Origin: Nitrospirota bacterium
GTDB lineage: Bacteria; Nitrospirota; Thermodesulfovibrionia; Thermodesulfovibrionales; SM23-35
Assembly: GCA_040756135.1 (NCBI GenBank)
Contig: JBFLZS010000006.1
Coordinates: forward strand, 16,173 to 80,172
Direction: 5' to 3'
DNA: 64,000 bases
The notes below the pieces were generated by a model. It was not told the origin of the DNA. It did no database searches and saw only the letters and a program-made list of their open reading frames with translations. Every line of letters begins with the position of its first letter. The stretch's first letter is position 1. A program made the translations under genes and the position numbers. Below, piece after piece: positions 1 to 9,341 of the stretch.

Positions 1-527
1 ACCGGGTTTGGCAGGGCTTTTATATTATCTCCGATTACCTGTAATATCCTTAGAGCGAGGGGCGTTGGTTTTGATGAACCGAGATCAAACATGGGCCTGC
101 CTTCTTTATCTACAAGCTGAATGCGAACCCCGCCCTCAAATATATCAACAAGTAACTGGTCTTTTATATCACCGAGTTTCTCTTCTATTGCCTGCTTTAT
201 GATAGACTTAAATTCTTCAGGTGTTGCGTTAAAGTTCCCTGCTAATTCATCAGGAACCTTTTTAGCAGCTTCACCTGCCTCGTTAAAAACCTCACTTGAT
301 TTTTCCATAAAGGATTGACCGCTCTTTTCGAATATTGTAAAGTGCTTAAAATAGTGGGCAACCCTTGCCCTCTTTTCCGGAGCTATCATGGAAATGAGCC
401 ACAGAAGCAGGAAGAATGCCATCATGGCTGTAACAAAGTCTGCATATGCAACCTTCCATTGCCCACCATGACTGCCCCCCTCATCCCGTTTCTTAACCTT
501 CTTAATAATGATCTTGGGTTCCTTCAT
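1..527 (-). CDS. motB: Flagellar stator protein MotB (N-terminal part, runs off window start)
   Basis: Manual translation MKEPKIIIKKVKKRDEGGSHGGQWKVAYADFVTAMMAFFLLLWL contains the MotB plug/TM motif with the conserved Asp; ATGA overlap with the motA stop; absent from the ORF track because it is truncated. Confidence 0.95.
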   Translation of the reverse strand, partial: MKEPKIIIKKVKKRDEGGSHGGQWKVAYADFVTAMMAFFLLLWLISMIAPEKRARVAHYFKHFTIFEKSGQSFMEKSSEVFNEAGEAAKKVPDELAGNFNATPEEFKSIIKQAIEEKLGDIKDQLLVDIFEGGVRIQLVDKEGRPMFDLGSSKPTPLALRILQVIGDNIKALPNP

Positions 528-1381
528 TTTGCCCTTCCCCTCACAACGTCTTCCAGCTCCTCAAAGGTTGGCCTATCTTTTCCCGGTATTGCCCTTCTGC
601 CGAACTCAACTGCCATCTGAGGTGGTGAACCTCCAACAAATGCCACCAGAGCTATTTTTATGACCTGAAAAAATACACTGTCTTCCTTTGCCCTGTGTTC
701 AAGATTTGTTGCTATTGGTCCTACAAAGCCATAACACATTAATACCCCGATGAAAGTCCCCACAAGGGCTGCCCCTATGCTATGGCCGAGTACCGAAGGA
801 GGCTGGTCAATCTTGCCCATAGTAAGGACAACACCCAGGACTGCTGCAACAATACCGAGTCCCGGAAGTGCATCAGCCACCTTTGCGAGGCTATGTGACG
901 GAACCATTGCCTCATGATGATGTGTTTCGATCTCAAGATCCATTAAGTTATCGAGTTCATGAGGCGGGACATTTGTTGTGATAATCACCTTTAGGTTATC
1001 ACAAATAAAGTTTACAATGTGATGATTTGTCATGACATTGCTATAGTTGTTGAAGATAGCGCTCTTATCAGGATTTTCGATGTCGGATTCTATTGATATA
1101 AGGCCCTCCTTCCGTATCTTTGAGAATAACTGGTAGAGGAGCGTTAGAAGTTCAAGATATTTTTCCTTGTTCTGGTTCTTCGGTTTCATAATGGAAGAAA
1201 GGTCTTTGACAACAGCGGTAATAACCTTTGGAGGGGAGGATATGAGAAAAGCGCCTATAGCAGCGCCAAATATAATAACAAATTCTGCTGGCTGGAAAAG
1301 CACATGAAGGTTGCCTTTTTCCAGCAAGAAACCGAATACTACAGAACATACGACCACTCCTATGCCTATAATAACGAACAT
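524..1381 (-). CDS. motA: Flagellar stator protein MotA
   Basis: QPAEFVIIFGAAIG, ADALPGLGIVAAVLGVV, GAALVGTFIG and AVEFGRRAIP motifs. Confidence 0.97.
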   Translation of the reverse strand: MFVIIGIGVVVCSVVFGFLLEKGNLHVLFQPAEFVIIFGAAIGAFLISSPPKVITAVVKDLSSIMKPKNQNKEKYLELLTLLYQLFSKIRKEGLISIESDIENPDKSAIFNNYSNVMTNHHIVNFICDNLKVIITTNVPPHELDNLMDLEIETHHHEAMVPSHSLAKVADALPGLGIVAAVLGVVLTMGKIDQPPSVLGHSIGAALVGTFIGVLMCYGFVGPIATNLEHRAKEDSVFFQVIKIALVAFVGGSPPQMAVEFGRRAIPGKDRPTFEELEDVVRGRAK

Positions 1382-1382
1382 A

Positions 1383-2144
1383 TTAATAACCCATTTTCTG
1401 GGGAAGTTCTATGAAGAAGGTTGCACCCTTTCCCTCAGAGCTTTCGGCCCCTATGTTGCCTCCATGTTCGGCAATTATGCCATGGGATATGGAAAGGCCA
1501 AGCCCTGTTCCAGTGCCTGCAGGCTTTGTGGTAAAGAATGGATCAAATATCTTTGAGATTATATCTTGAGGGATACCTGGACCATTGTCAGAAATTTTTA
1601 TTATTAACTTTTGATTTTCTTTATCAAAACTTGTTTTAAATGTGATCATGCCGTTATCTGTATTTTGTAAACCAATCGCCTGTTCGGCATTGAGAATGAT
1701 ATTGAGAATAGTTAGTTGTAACTGCTGGGAATCGACTAAAATAGTAGGGATTTCTCCGTATTCCTTAACAATCTCGATATTATTTTTCCTCAGCCAGTAA
1801 ATTCTGAGATCTATAGTCCTGTCAATAAGATCATTTATTGACTCAAGACTCTTTGAGGGCGTCCTCTCTCTGGAAAAGGTAAGCAGGTTTTCAATAATCT
1901 TTTTACATCTTTCAGCACTATTAAGTATCTTTTTCAAATCCCTCTTAATCTCTTCATTCATGACCTTCATCATGAGAAGCTCTGTGTAGGTAATTATCCC
2001 TGTAAGGGGGTTGTTGATCTCATGGACAACTCCGGAAACAAGAAGGCCAAGTGATGCAAGTTTATAAGAATGGTAAAGCTGCTCTTTCATATTTATAAGC
2101 TCATGGTCAGAAGGGTTATCATCAATGAAGAGTATGTTATGCAT
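1383..2144 (-). CDS. Sensor-less histidine kinase (HisKA-HATPase)
   Basis: H-box VHEINNP, N-box [18 protein letters not shown] and GTGLGL; only ~20 aa precede the H-box helix. Confidence 0.92.
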   Translation of the reverse strand: MHNILFIDDNPSDHELINMKEQLYHSYKLASLGLLVSGVVHEINNPLTGIITYTELLMMKVMNEEIKRDLKKILNSAERCKKIIENLLTFSRERTPSKSLESINDLIDRTIDLRIYWLRKNNIEIVKEYGEIPTILVDSQQLQLTILNIILNAEQAIGLQNTDNGMITFKTSFDKENQKLIIKISDNGPGIPQDIISKIFDPFFTTKPAGTGTGLGLSISHGIIAEHGGNIGAESSEGKGATFFIELPQKMGY

Positions 2145-2684
2145 CTACTTCCTCATGATCCCTCTCTGACGCTTGAGGATATGCTGGATTATTTTTTCCC
2201 TCACTTCATCATTCATATCAGAAAAATGTAAAGCGACTTCATATTTACCATCACCAATACTATTTGCCCTTACAACATTTCCATATGTAAGTATCCCCAG
2301 AGAAGGAGATGAAGATAGAAGTATTTTTATCTCAAGGACATCTCCTGTCTCGGCCTTTTCGTTCATTATAAATTTTATACCCGATTCGCTGATATTAACC
2401 TGTTTATTCTCGGCCTTTGTGAATCCCTCGCTCTCCAGTTGAAGCCTTTCCAGTATCATTTCCAGCTTATTGTTAATCTCGACGAGCATTTTCCATAGAC
2501 CTAAATTTATTGTCTCATCAGGCACTTCCGTGTCTGTTATCTCGATATTGTATCCTGAAAATACCCGTGATTTTCTGCAAGATGGATCATACGTTACCTT
2601 CTTTGCTATTAGAGGGAGGACGTCATCCACTCGGAAATATCCACGTTTTCCTGACAATTTATTCTCTCCTGATTTAAGTTCCAT
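2145..2684 (-). CDS. PilZ-domain c-di-GMP receptor (possible flagellar brake)
   Basis: KRGYFR (RxxxR) and NISESG (D/NxSxxG) motifs; ATG at 2684 preferred over the track start 2741. Confidence 0.85.
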   Translation of the reverse strand: MELKSGENKLSGKRGYFRVDDVLPLIAKKVTYDPSCRKSRVFSGYNIEITDTEVPDETINLGLWKMLVEINNKLEMILERLQLESEGFTKAENKQVNISESGIKFIMNEKAETGDVLEIKILLSSSPSLGILTYGNVVRANSIGDGKYEVALHFSDMNDEVREKIIQHILKRQRGIMRK

Positions 2685-4161
2685 ATTTTTTACCCATTCC
2701 TGATGGTGTTTGTAAAAAGGCGCGGACGACCTCTCCGTCAAACTGGGTATTAGAGCATCTTTTCAGTTCTTCTATTGCATAGGCGTAGGTTCTTGATTCC
2801 CTGTACGGTCTTGAAGAGGTCATGGCATCAAAGGCATCAGCGACAGTGAGAATCCGCACTATAAGAGGGATGTCATTGCCTGCAATGCCGTCTGGATACC
2901 CTTTGCCGTCGAACCCTTCATGGTGATGCCGGATAAGTTCCTTTTCCTTCGGGAAAAACTTTATTGGCTTCATTATGTTATCTCCTATAACAGGGTGCTG
3001 CATTATCTCAGTCATTTCCTCATCAGAAAGCCTGTCAGGCTTCAGTAAAACAGTGTCTCTCACGCCTATCTTGCCTATGTCGTGCAGATAACCGCCGAAC
3101 TTTATGACATCTTTATCATATTCGCTGAGGTTCATTACATCTGCAATCTCAAGGGAATACGAAGTGACCCTTTCTGAATGGTGTTTTGTATACATATCCC
3201 GGGCTTCGATACTGATGACCAGTGATTTCAATGTATCTATCAAATTGGAGTAAAGGACCTCATAGAGGGCATTGTTTTCTATCCTCAGGGCCGCCTTCTT
3301 AGCAAAGGTAAGTGCAAGGTATATCTCGTCATCCATAAATGTGGTTCCATCTGCCTTGTTTGAGACGTTCAATATTCCGAAAACCTCATTATTTATAGTA
3401 AGGGGAATTGAAAGGAAAGGAGAGGTAAGGGGGGTTCTATTAAGAGGGTTAATTTCCCCGAATGAGGCCATGTAATATTCTTTGGTTTTTATTACATTCT
3501 CCAGAAAATTGTTAGCAATGGGGATTTTTTTCCTACAGGGTCCAGTGGACCCTTTTATTTTTAGACAATCATTTTCGACAATGCCAAAGGATGTCTCCTT
3601 CACCATAAGGAGCCTTGATGTCATCTCCACAATTCCCTCATATATCTCTCTATTGTCATATAATCCATCGAGTTCAGTGCTTACGGACTGAAGAATACTT
3701 ATCTCCTGTAACTTTTTGTAAAGCTCTGCATTCAGCCTTCCAATGGATGCCTCATAATCGCCTTTTATTGCGATGCTGCTTAAGAGTCTTCTCTCACCAA
3801 TTATTCTGTCAGCTATTGAGATTACTTTATCAATCTTAAATGGTTTTGTTATAAAATCACAGGCGCCTTCCTTCATGGCGGTTATCGCAGTTTCTATAGA
3901 TGAAAAGCCGGTTATCACAACTACAGGGATGAAGGGGTTAAAGTCTTTGGCCTCTTTCAACATGTCCATGCCGTTCATCTTTGGCATTGTAAGGTCTGTA
4001 AAGACGATATCGTATTCGTTGTTCTTGATCTTTTCTATCCCGTCAAGACCATTGAAGGCAATATCTGCCTTATAGCCACCAATATTGGATAGGATGTCCG
4101 AGAGGAAATCCCTGACCGTAGGGTCATCATCTACTATCAATATCCTTCCCTTAAAAACCAT
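2674..4161 (-). CDS. REC-GAF-HD-GYP c-di-GMP phosphodiesterase
   Basis: REC (ILIVDDD, FTDLTMP, ITKPF), GAF (LSIPL, GILNVSNK), HDIGK, HHHE and GYPDG. Confidence 0.93.
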   Translation of the reverse strand: MVFKGRILIVDDDPTVRDFLSDILSNIGGYKADIAFNGLDGIEKIKNNEYDIVFTDLTMPKMNGMDMLKEAKDFNPFIPVVVITGFSSIETAITAMKEGACDFITKPFKIDKVISIADRIIGERRLLSSIAIKGDYEASIGRLNAELYKKLQEISILQSVSTELDGLYDNREIYEGIVEMTSRLLMVKETSFGIVENDCLKIKGSTGPCRKKIPIANNFLENVIKTKEYYMASFGEINPLNRTPLTSPFLSIPLTINNEVFGILNVSNKADGTTFMDDEIYLALTFAKKAALRIENNALYEVLYSNLIDTLKSLVISIEARDMYTKHHSERVTSYSLEIADVMNLSEYDKDVIKFGGYLHDIGKIGVRDTVLLKPDRLSDEEMTEIMQHPVIGDNIMKPIKFFPKEKELIRHHHEGFDGKGYPDGIAGNDIPLIVRILTVADAFDAMTSSRPYRESRTYAYAIEELKRCSNTQFDGEVVRAFLQTPSGMGKKYGT

Positions 4162-4732
4162 TACCTTTAACCAGCCTTTCCTTTAAGATGTCAGCTTCCT
4201 GGTTTGTCAGTATATTTATCTTCTTTAACCTTTCAATCCTTTCTATCCAGGCTGTCGTAATCTCGGGATTATTACTCCCGGCAACTGTCTTTATAAGATT
4301 AATGTCGCGATATGTATCCCTGAGATGTTTCTTTAATTCCCTGTTTTCATATATCAATTCTGACCTTTTAAATGTTTTTTCTGCGAGTATAAGCACCTCC
4401 TGAACCTTGAATGGTTTTGTCAGGTAATCATATGCCCCTTCTGTTATTGCTTCAATCGCGATATCCAGGGTTCCATAGGCCGTAAGAAGGACAACAGCAA
4501 TATCGGAGTTGTTCCTTACGGCATATCTGAGCACTTCAAGGCCGTCAGCACCTGGCATTCTGAGGTCGGTTATAGCAAGGCTTATGTCTTCAACCCTGAG
4601 GATCCTTATGGCATCAAACCCATCTTTTGCTGCCACAACAGAGTACCCTTCCCTTGAAAGAAGGGAACCGATAACATCACGCACTATCTCGTCATCGTCT
4701 GCAATGAGTATCTTAAAGTCTTTTTTATCCAC
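4151..4732 (-). CDS. Response regulator (REC plus short C-terminal helical tail)
   Basis: ILIADDD, ITDLRMP, LTAYG, LTKPF; GTG start. Confidence 0.9.
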   Translation of the reverse strand: MDKKDFKILIADDDEIVRDVIGSLLSREGYSVVAAKDGFDAIRILRVEDISLAITDLRMPGADGLEVLRYAVRNNSDIAVVLLTAYGTLDIAIEAITEGAYDYLTKPFKVQEVLILAEKTFKRSELIYENRELKKHLRDTYRDINLIKTVAGSNNPEITTAWIERIERLKKINILTNQEADILKERLVKGNGF

Positions 4733-4795
4733 AAAGGGTTACTCTGAAATATTATTGTTTTCCGTTTCATTATAATTGCTTATATGTTGGGCTTC

Positions 4796-4993
4796 CTATT
4801 CTGTCTTCCTTATCCTTTCAAGCACCTCACTCCTGGCCTTTTCGAGGATATGTTTCTTCTTTGCCTCTGATGAGATGTTTACGACATCCTGTGGTTCTCC
4901 CCGTTCTTTCTCAAGTATGGTAGAAGGGTTAAGTTTTGAGACCCTGTTGTAAAGGCGGACTACCTCATTCACCTGAAAGGGAAATATGCTCAT
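4796..4993 (-). CDS. Small flagellar-cluster protein, FlgM-N-like DxVxISxEA motif (resembles DVU0524-type proteins)
   Basis: MSIFPFQV...DVVNISSEAKKK; start abuts the fliS stop; family resemblance recalled, not searched. Confidence 0.6.
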   Translation of the reverse strand: MSIFPFQVNEVVRLYNRVSKLNPSTILEKERGEPQDVVNISSEAKKKHILEKARSEVLERIRKTE

Positions 4994-5364
4994 TTTATTT
5001 GCCTCCATGCAGATCTTAATTCTTTTAAGAGACCTTCTATATGAGCAATCCTTACAACATCGTTCTTTGCGTTTGCGATCGTGAGTTCCTTCAGCATGTA
5101 AATATATAGGTTCTGGAGATTTATCGCTATCTCTCCCCCCTCCTCCATATTAAGAGATGCAAGGAGTTCTTCTATAATGGCTATGGTTTTTGATATATAA
5201 TGTATTTTCGGGGATACGTTCCCCTGATTTATATAAAATATAGTCTTGTGGAGATAATCTATAGCGCCGTCATAAAGCAATATTATCAGGTCAAGTGGGG
5301 TGTTTGAAGTGTTGACCAATACGTGCGTATAAGCATTATGTGCATGTTGGATGTTCATCATCAT
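4990..5364 (-). CDS. fliS: Flagellin chaperone FliS
   Basis: TPLDLIILLYDGAI, SLNMEEGGEIAINLQNLY and LRSAW motifs; follows fliD. Confidence 0.95.
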   Translation of the reverse strand: MMMNIQHAHNAYTHVLVNTSNTPLDLIILLYDGAIDYLHKTIFYINQGNVSPKIHYISKTIAIIEELLASLNMEEGGEIAINLQNLYIYMLKELTIANAKNDVVRIAHIEGLLKELRSAWRQIK

Positions 5365-6797
5365 TTATTACCTCCAGATATTTTTGTGAACAGGTCCATT
5401 TGCTGGGTTACATAGGTATTTGTCCCCTGAAGCTGATTCAACAATTTATCAAGGGCGATAAATTTATTTCGAAGGGCTATTTCAGTCAATTGAAGTCTCC
5501 TATCCAGCTTTTCTTCATCTTCCTGGATATTCTCTACAGTCTGCTGATAACCTTCTTCCCTTGCAGGGATGATGGTATTTATATAATTGGACAAGGTTGA
5601 TTCGAATGAGGTTGCCATCTGATTTATTATGCTTGTAACGTTATCTGCATCGCTCGAAATCGCAGTGCTCAGTTTTGAGGAATCAAAACCAAGGACTCCA
5701 TTTTTATCATGGGTAATCCCGAGATATGAAAGTGTATTGTCCGTGTTGCCAGTCCCATATCTTGTAGTCGTTACTGATCTCAAAGCGCCTGCGAGTGTTA
5801 CTAACGTTGAATCACCGGCTAAAACACCCGTTTGTGTGATATTGCCTTTAAGGCCATTTATTACGTTCATTGTGGAATTGTAGGCCGAAACAAATGAGCT
5901 GATCTTTGTTGTCAATGAACTACTATCCTCTGAAATCTGGAGTGTTAAGCTTGTAGCGTAACTGTCGCCCTTCAGGAGGTTTAAAGTAACACCGGTAATG
6001 ACATCCGTAATTGTATTGCTCGACCTCGTAATTTCAAGGTTATTCACCTTTATTTTCGCATCCACTGCCGCCTGAGACTGCGTCATCTGCTGGACCCCTC
6101 CCGAGGGATTACCGCTTCCGTCATAAGATGCAGGATTAAAAGCAAGTCTCGATAAACCTGTTGAGTCTGTCTCTGCGGACTCTTCAAATATCCCATTGTT
6201 GTCCTCATCAACCTTTACTACAATTCTGTTAGATGCGCCTGTTGAATTTACAGCTAATACGAGCCTGTATCCTGTTCCATCGTTTATGATAGAAGCATTA
6301 ACGCCGGCATTCGCATTATTTATGGCATCCCTTATGCCCGAAAGGGTATTGTTAGACGAATTTATTGTTATCTCTGCCGCAGTACCACTGCCTACCTGGA
6401 TCTTAAGTTTCTGGGTTGCATAAGTGGTCAAATCAGCAACCTCACTGCTTTCAGAAGCAAAAATGGTAGAATAGATACTCTGGGCGGTTGCGATATTATT
6501 GATTTTTATATTATAAGTGCCTGCCGATGCGGAGCTTGTAGCACTTGCCGTCATAAATGTCGTGTCCGATACAGTCGCCGACCTGCCGATTAAGCCTGAA
6601 GCAGTCAGGTCGCTTATAGCACTCTTTAAACTGGTTACACTGCTTAATAGAGTAGCATAGGCACTTATCTTCGCCTGATAGGCTGCCTCTTTCTGCTGAA
6701 GCCTCAGCAGGGGCTGTCTCTCCACCTGCATAAGCTGACTTACAATAGAATTAATGTCAAGACCTGAACCGCCTGAACCTACCATATTTATTGCCAT
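5361..6797 (-). CDS. fliD: Flagellar filament cap FliD
   Basis: GSGLDINSIVSQLMQVERQPL N-terminus, SNTITDVITGVTLNL, C-terminal FIALDKLLNQL. Confidence 0.95.
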   Translation of the reverse strand: MAINMVGSGGSGLDINSIVSQLMQVERQPLLRLQQKEAAYQAKISAYATLLSSVTSLKSAISDLTASGLIGRSATVSDTTFMTASATSSASAGTYNIKINNIATAQSIYSTIFASESSEVADLTTYATQKLKIQVGSGTAAEITINSSNNTLSGIRDAINNANAGVNASIINDGTGYRLVLAVNSTGASNRIVVKVDEDNNGIFEESAETDSTGLSRLAFNPASYDGSGNPSGGVQQMTQSQAAVDAKIKVNNLEITRSSNTITDVITGVTLNLLKGDSYATSLTLQISEDSSSLTTKISSFVSAYNSTMNVINGLKGNITQTGVLAGDSTLVTLAGALRSVTTTRYGTGNTDNTLSYLGITHDKNGVLGFDSSKLSTAISSDADNVTSIINQMATSFESTLSNYINTIIPAREEGYQQTVENIQEDEEKLDRRLQLTEIALRNKFIALDKLLNQLQGTNTYVTQQMDLFTKISGGNK

Positions 6798-6836
6798 ATA
6801 AGCACCTCCAGAAACTTCCTTTTTTTCTTAACGATT

Positions 6837-7040
6837 TAGTGTCTGTCCATAAATTATGATTTAAGTAGGCTGTCATTCCCCGACTTGATCGGGGAATCCA
6901 CCCTTCGGCAGGCTCAGGGTGACAATGTCATCCTGAGCTTGTCGAAGGATGTCGAACCATGGATTGTCTGGTCAAGCGTTCGACTGAGCTCACGCCGAAG
7001 GCCGGACAATGACAGAAACCGATTTTATAAACAGTCTCAA
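6837..7040. mobile_element. Nested palindromic MITE-like element (shell plus GTCATT double hairpin plus inner CTTCGAC/GCTCAG hairpins)
   Basis: Outer IR TAGTGTCTGTCCATAAA / TTTATAAACAGTCTCAA; inner TGTCATTCCCCGACTTGATCGGGGAATCC ... GGATTGTC..GACAATGACA; further hairpins at 6900-6960 and 6977-7001. Confidence 0.75.
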
Positions 7041-7041
7041 C

Positions 7042-7365
7042 TTATACCCTTTTGCTATAAAGGTCTTCAGATATTTCTTTCATCTTTTCGACCATATTAA
7101 TAAATTCCTCAGGTGGTATCTGCCTGACTAAATTCCCTTCAGAGTCCACAATCCTGATAACCACATTCTTGTTATCGTCAATTGCAAAAAATGCCTTATA
7201 AGACTCTGCTTCAGGTGCCTTGACAGCCTCGGACTGAACAAAAACTGGTTCGGCCTTTTGTTCAACAGGACTGCCGGCATCTACTGCCCTCTTAACATTT
7301 TCAGGCTTTTTATTAAAGATCTGTGAAGTAAGTGGTAACCCTATGTCTATTCCCTTTATTTCCAT
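7042..7365 (-). CDS. flaG: FlaG family protein
   Basis: FAIDDNKNVVIRIVDSEGNLVRQIPPEE motif; located between fliC and fliD. Confidence 0.88.
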   Translation of the reverse strand: MEIKGIDIGLPLTSQIFNKKPENVKRAVDAGSPVEQKAEPVFVQSEAVKAPEAESYKAFFAIDDNKNVVIRIVDSEGNLVRQIPPEEFINMVEKMKEISEDLYSKRV

Positions 7366-7374
7366 CTTACTTTA

Positions 7375-7404
7375 AAAAGGGGCGGGAAATACCCCACCCC
7401 TTTT
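7375..7404 (-). terminator. Intrinsic terminator/attenuator hairpin after fliC
   Basis: Minus strand AAAAGGGGTGGGG-TATTT-CCCGCCCCTTTTT just after the fliC stop. Confidence 0.6.
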
Positions 7405-7422
7405 CCCCTTTTTGAGCCTTCT

Positions 7423-8913
7423 TTATCCGCCTCCAAGAAGTGCAAGGACATTCTGTGGCAACAGATTAGCCTGTGCAAGCATAGATATACCTGCCTGCTG
7501 TATTATCTGCAACCTTGTGAAGTTAGCAGTTTCAACAGCATAGTCTGCATCCATGATCCTTGACCTTGCAGAGATAACATTCTCACGTACATTTTCAAGG
7601 TTTGCGATGGTTGAAGTCAGCCTGTTCATAACAGCCCCAAACTCTCCCTTTCTTGATGTGAGTGTATCCAGGGCCTTCTTGGCTGCCAGCATGGTAACAT
7701 TGGCATTACCAACATCTGAAACCGTAACAGCATTCACAGAGGTTGCTGTAAGGGAAATGGTTGTGCTTGTTGTCGCATAGCCGAGCGCGCCGGATGTGTC
7801 ATTACTGTTAGTAGTCGCAGTGCTTGTAGTCAGGTCATCATTCAGGATTATCATACCGTTCTGGCCGGCAGAGACAGATACTGAAGAAGCAAAGCCCGCT
7901 GCAAATGATGAGCCACCTGAAGGTATTTGTGCAGCATCTACACTAACACTTACGCCTGCGCCTGTGGTATTTGCAAGCACTATCCTGTTATCCGAATTTA
8001 CGAGCGCTGTAACACCTGTTTCAGAAGTCTTTGCATTAATAGCAGATGCTAAGTTAGCTGCTGCTGTCGCTATGACGGTTGCTGCGGTAAATGAACCGAT
8101 TGCAATGCTGTTAATAGTTATATATCCTGAGTTAACTACTGTGGAAGCTGAAGCGGCTGCAACAGCAGAGCTGCCAACCATTGCATTACCAAAAGCAAAG
8201 GCTGTGACACCTGTTGAACCGGTGTACAAGTTAAGACGGTTTATTATGTTAACGCTGTTGTTCTGATAATCCGAACCTGTTGTAATGGCGCTGCCAAGGC
8301 CTACGCCATTCAGTGTTGCAGCGTCTGCTAACCCACCGCTGTTGAATATCCTTGAGGCCGCAACAGCCACATCAGTAGCTGTAAGGGAAGAGCTGTAGGT
8401 CGTGGAAACACCCATGCTTGTTGGTGCTACATTGGATGAGGATATGCTGATAGTCTCATTCACCTCAACGCCAACCTGGACAGTAACGGTCTTGATCTGG
8501 TTGAGGAACAGCTCACCATTGTATCTTGTCTGTGAAACTATCCTGTTCAGCTCTGCAACAAGCTGTCTGACCTCATCGTTCATAGAGCCTCTGTCAGTTG
8601 ATGTGTTATAGCTTGATGCCTGGTTCGCCAGTTCGTATATCCTCTGAAGGCCGTTAATCATCTCATCCATGGCGCCTTCTGCTGTCTGGGCAAAGGAAAC
8701 ACCATCATTGGCATTCCTCATTGCAACAGATAGACCATTGACCTGTGTGGTCATCCTTGTGGCAATGGCAAGGCCTGCAGCGTCATCCTTTGCTGAGTTG
8801 ATTCTTAAGCCCGAAGACAACCTCTGTATAGCTGTATTAAGAGGGCCTTCGGTTTTTCTCAGACTTCTCTGAGTATTAAGTGAAACTAAATTAGTGTTGA
8901 TTACGAGACCCAT
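7423..8913 (-). CDS. fliC: Flagellin
   Basis: INTN, RLSSGLRINSAKDDAAGLAI, SRIMDADYA and QQAGISMLAQAN motifs; Ser/Thr/Ala-rich variable region. Confidence 0.99.
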   Translation of the reverse strand: MGLVINTNLVSLNTQRSLRKTEGPLNTAIQRLSSGLRINSAKDDAAGLAIATRMTTQVNGLSVAMRNANDGVSFAQTAEGAMDEMINGLQRIYELANQASSYNTSTDRGSMNDEVRQLVAELNRIVSQTRYNGELFLNQIKTVTVQVGVEVNETISISSSNVAPTSMGVSTTYSSSLTATDVAVAASRIFNSGGLADAATLNGVGLGSAITTGSDYQNNSVNIINRLNLYTGSTGVTAFAFGNAMVGSSAVAAASASTVVNSGYITINSIAIGSFTAATVIATAAANLASAINAKTSETGVTALVNSDNRIVLANTTGAGVSVSVDAAQIPSGGSSFAAGFASSVSVSAGQNGMIILNDDLTTSTATTNSNDTSGALGYATTSTTISLTATSVNAVTVSDVGNANVTMLAAKKALDTLTSRKGEFGAVMNRLTSTIANLENVRENVISARSRIMDADYAVETANFTRLQIIQQAGISMLAQANLLPQNVLALLGGG

Positions 8914-8981
8914 TTTCCTTTCCTCCTTGAAATTCAGTGTTAGTGTTTAGTGTCAGTTCACTGTTCACTGCTCACTGTCTT

Positions 8982-8997
8982 TAGGCTTCCATGCCTA
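8982..8997 (-). promoter_or_regulatory. Putative CsrA-binding hairpin in the fliC leader
   Basis: mRNA UAGGC-AUGGAA-GCCUA (ANGGA in loop); further GGA motifs overlap the SD (CAAGGAGGAAAGGAAAAUG); csrA and fliW are present in the window. Confidence 0.65.
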
Positions 8998-9115
8998 TTT
9001 TCATTCTCTGCAGGCTCTACGAATCGTAGACTAATGCCTGCGGTACAAACTGGTTTAGGTCTTTTTGACACTCCCCTCCTTTCTGACCATCACCTCTTTA
9101 AGCTTTCAGATATTC

Positions 9116-9143
9116 TTATCGGAAGTTTTTAAAAAAAACTTTA
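9116..9143 (-). promoter_or_regulatory. Sigma28 (FliA) promoter of fliC
   Basis: TAAAGTTT...TCCGATAA (TAAA-N16-TCCGATAA), ~200 nt upstream of the fliC ATG. Confidence 0.8.
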
Positions 9144-9164
9144 ATTTAATACAAACGCATTAAA

Positions 9165-9300
9165 TAAAATCTGTCCATAAATTCAGTTTGCCTGTCATTC
9201 CTGCGGAAGCAGGAATCCAGAACCTATTGAAAACACTGGATTCCCGCATTCGCGGGAATGACGCATTTGAGTTGAAATCGGCATTTATACACAGACCTTA
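9165..9300. mobile_element. TA-flanked palindromic element (GTCATTCC cargo) between divergent sigma28 promoters
   Basis: Shell TAAAATCTGTCCATAAA / TTTATACACAGACCTTA; cargo TGTCATTCCTGCGGAAGCAGGAATCC...GGATTCCCGCATTCGCGGGAATGAC. Confidence 0.75.
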
Positions 9301-9313
9301 CTTAGGAAAAACC

Positions 9314-9341
9314 TAAAGTTTTTATCATAAATAGCCGACAA
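9314..9341 (+). promoter_or_regulatory. Sigma28-like promoter of the signalling operon
   Basis: TAAAGTTT...GCCGACAA (TAAA-N16-GCCGACAA), ~110 nt upstream of 9451. Confidence 0.7.

Noticed and set aside
8-620. Plus-strand ORFs at the window start
   Set aside because: Antisense shadows of motB/motA
6885-7100. 71-aa ORF (STLRQAQGDNVILSLSKD)
   Set aside because: Translation of the nested palindromic element, antisense to the operon
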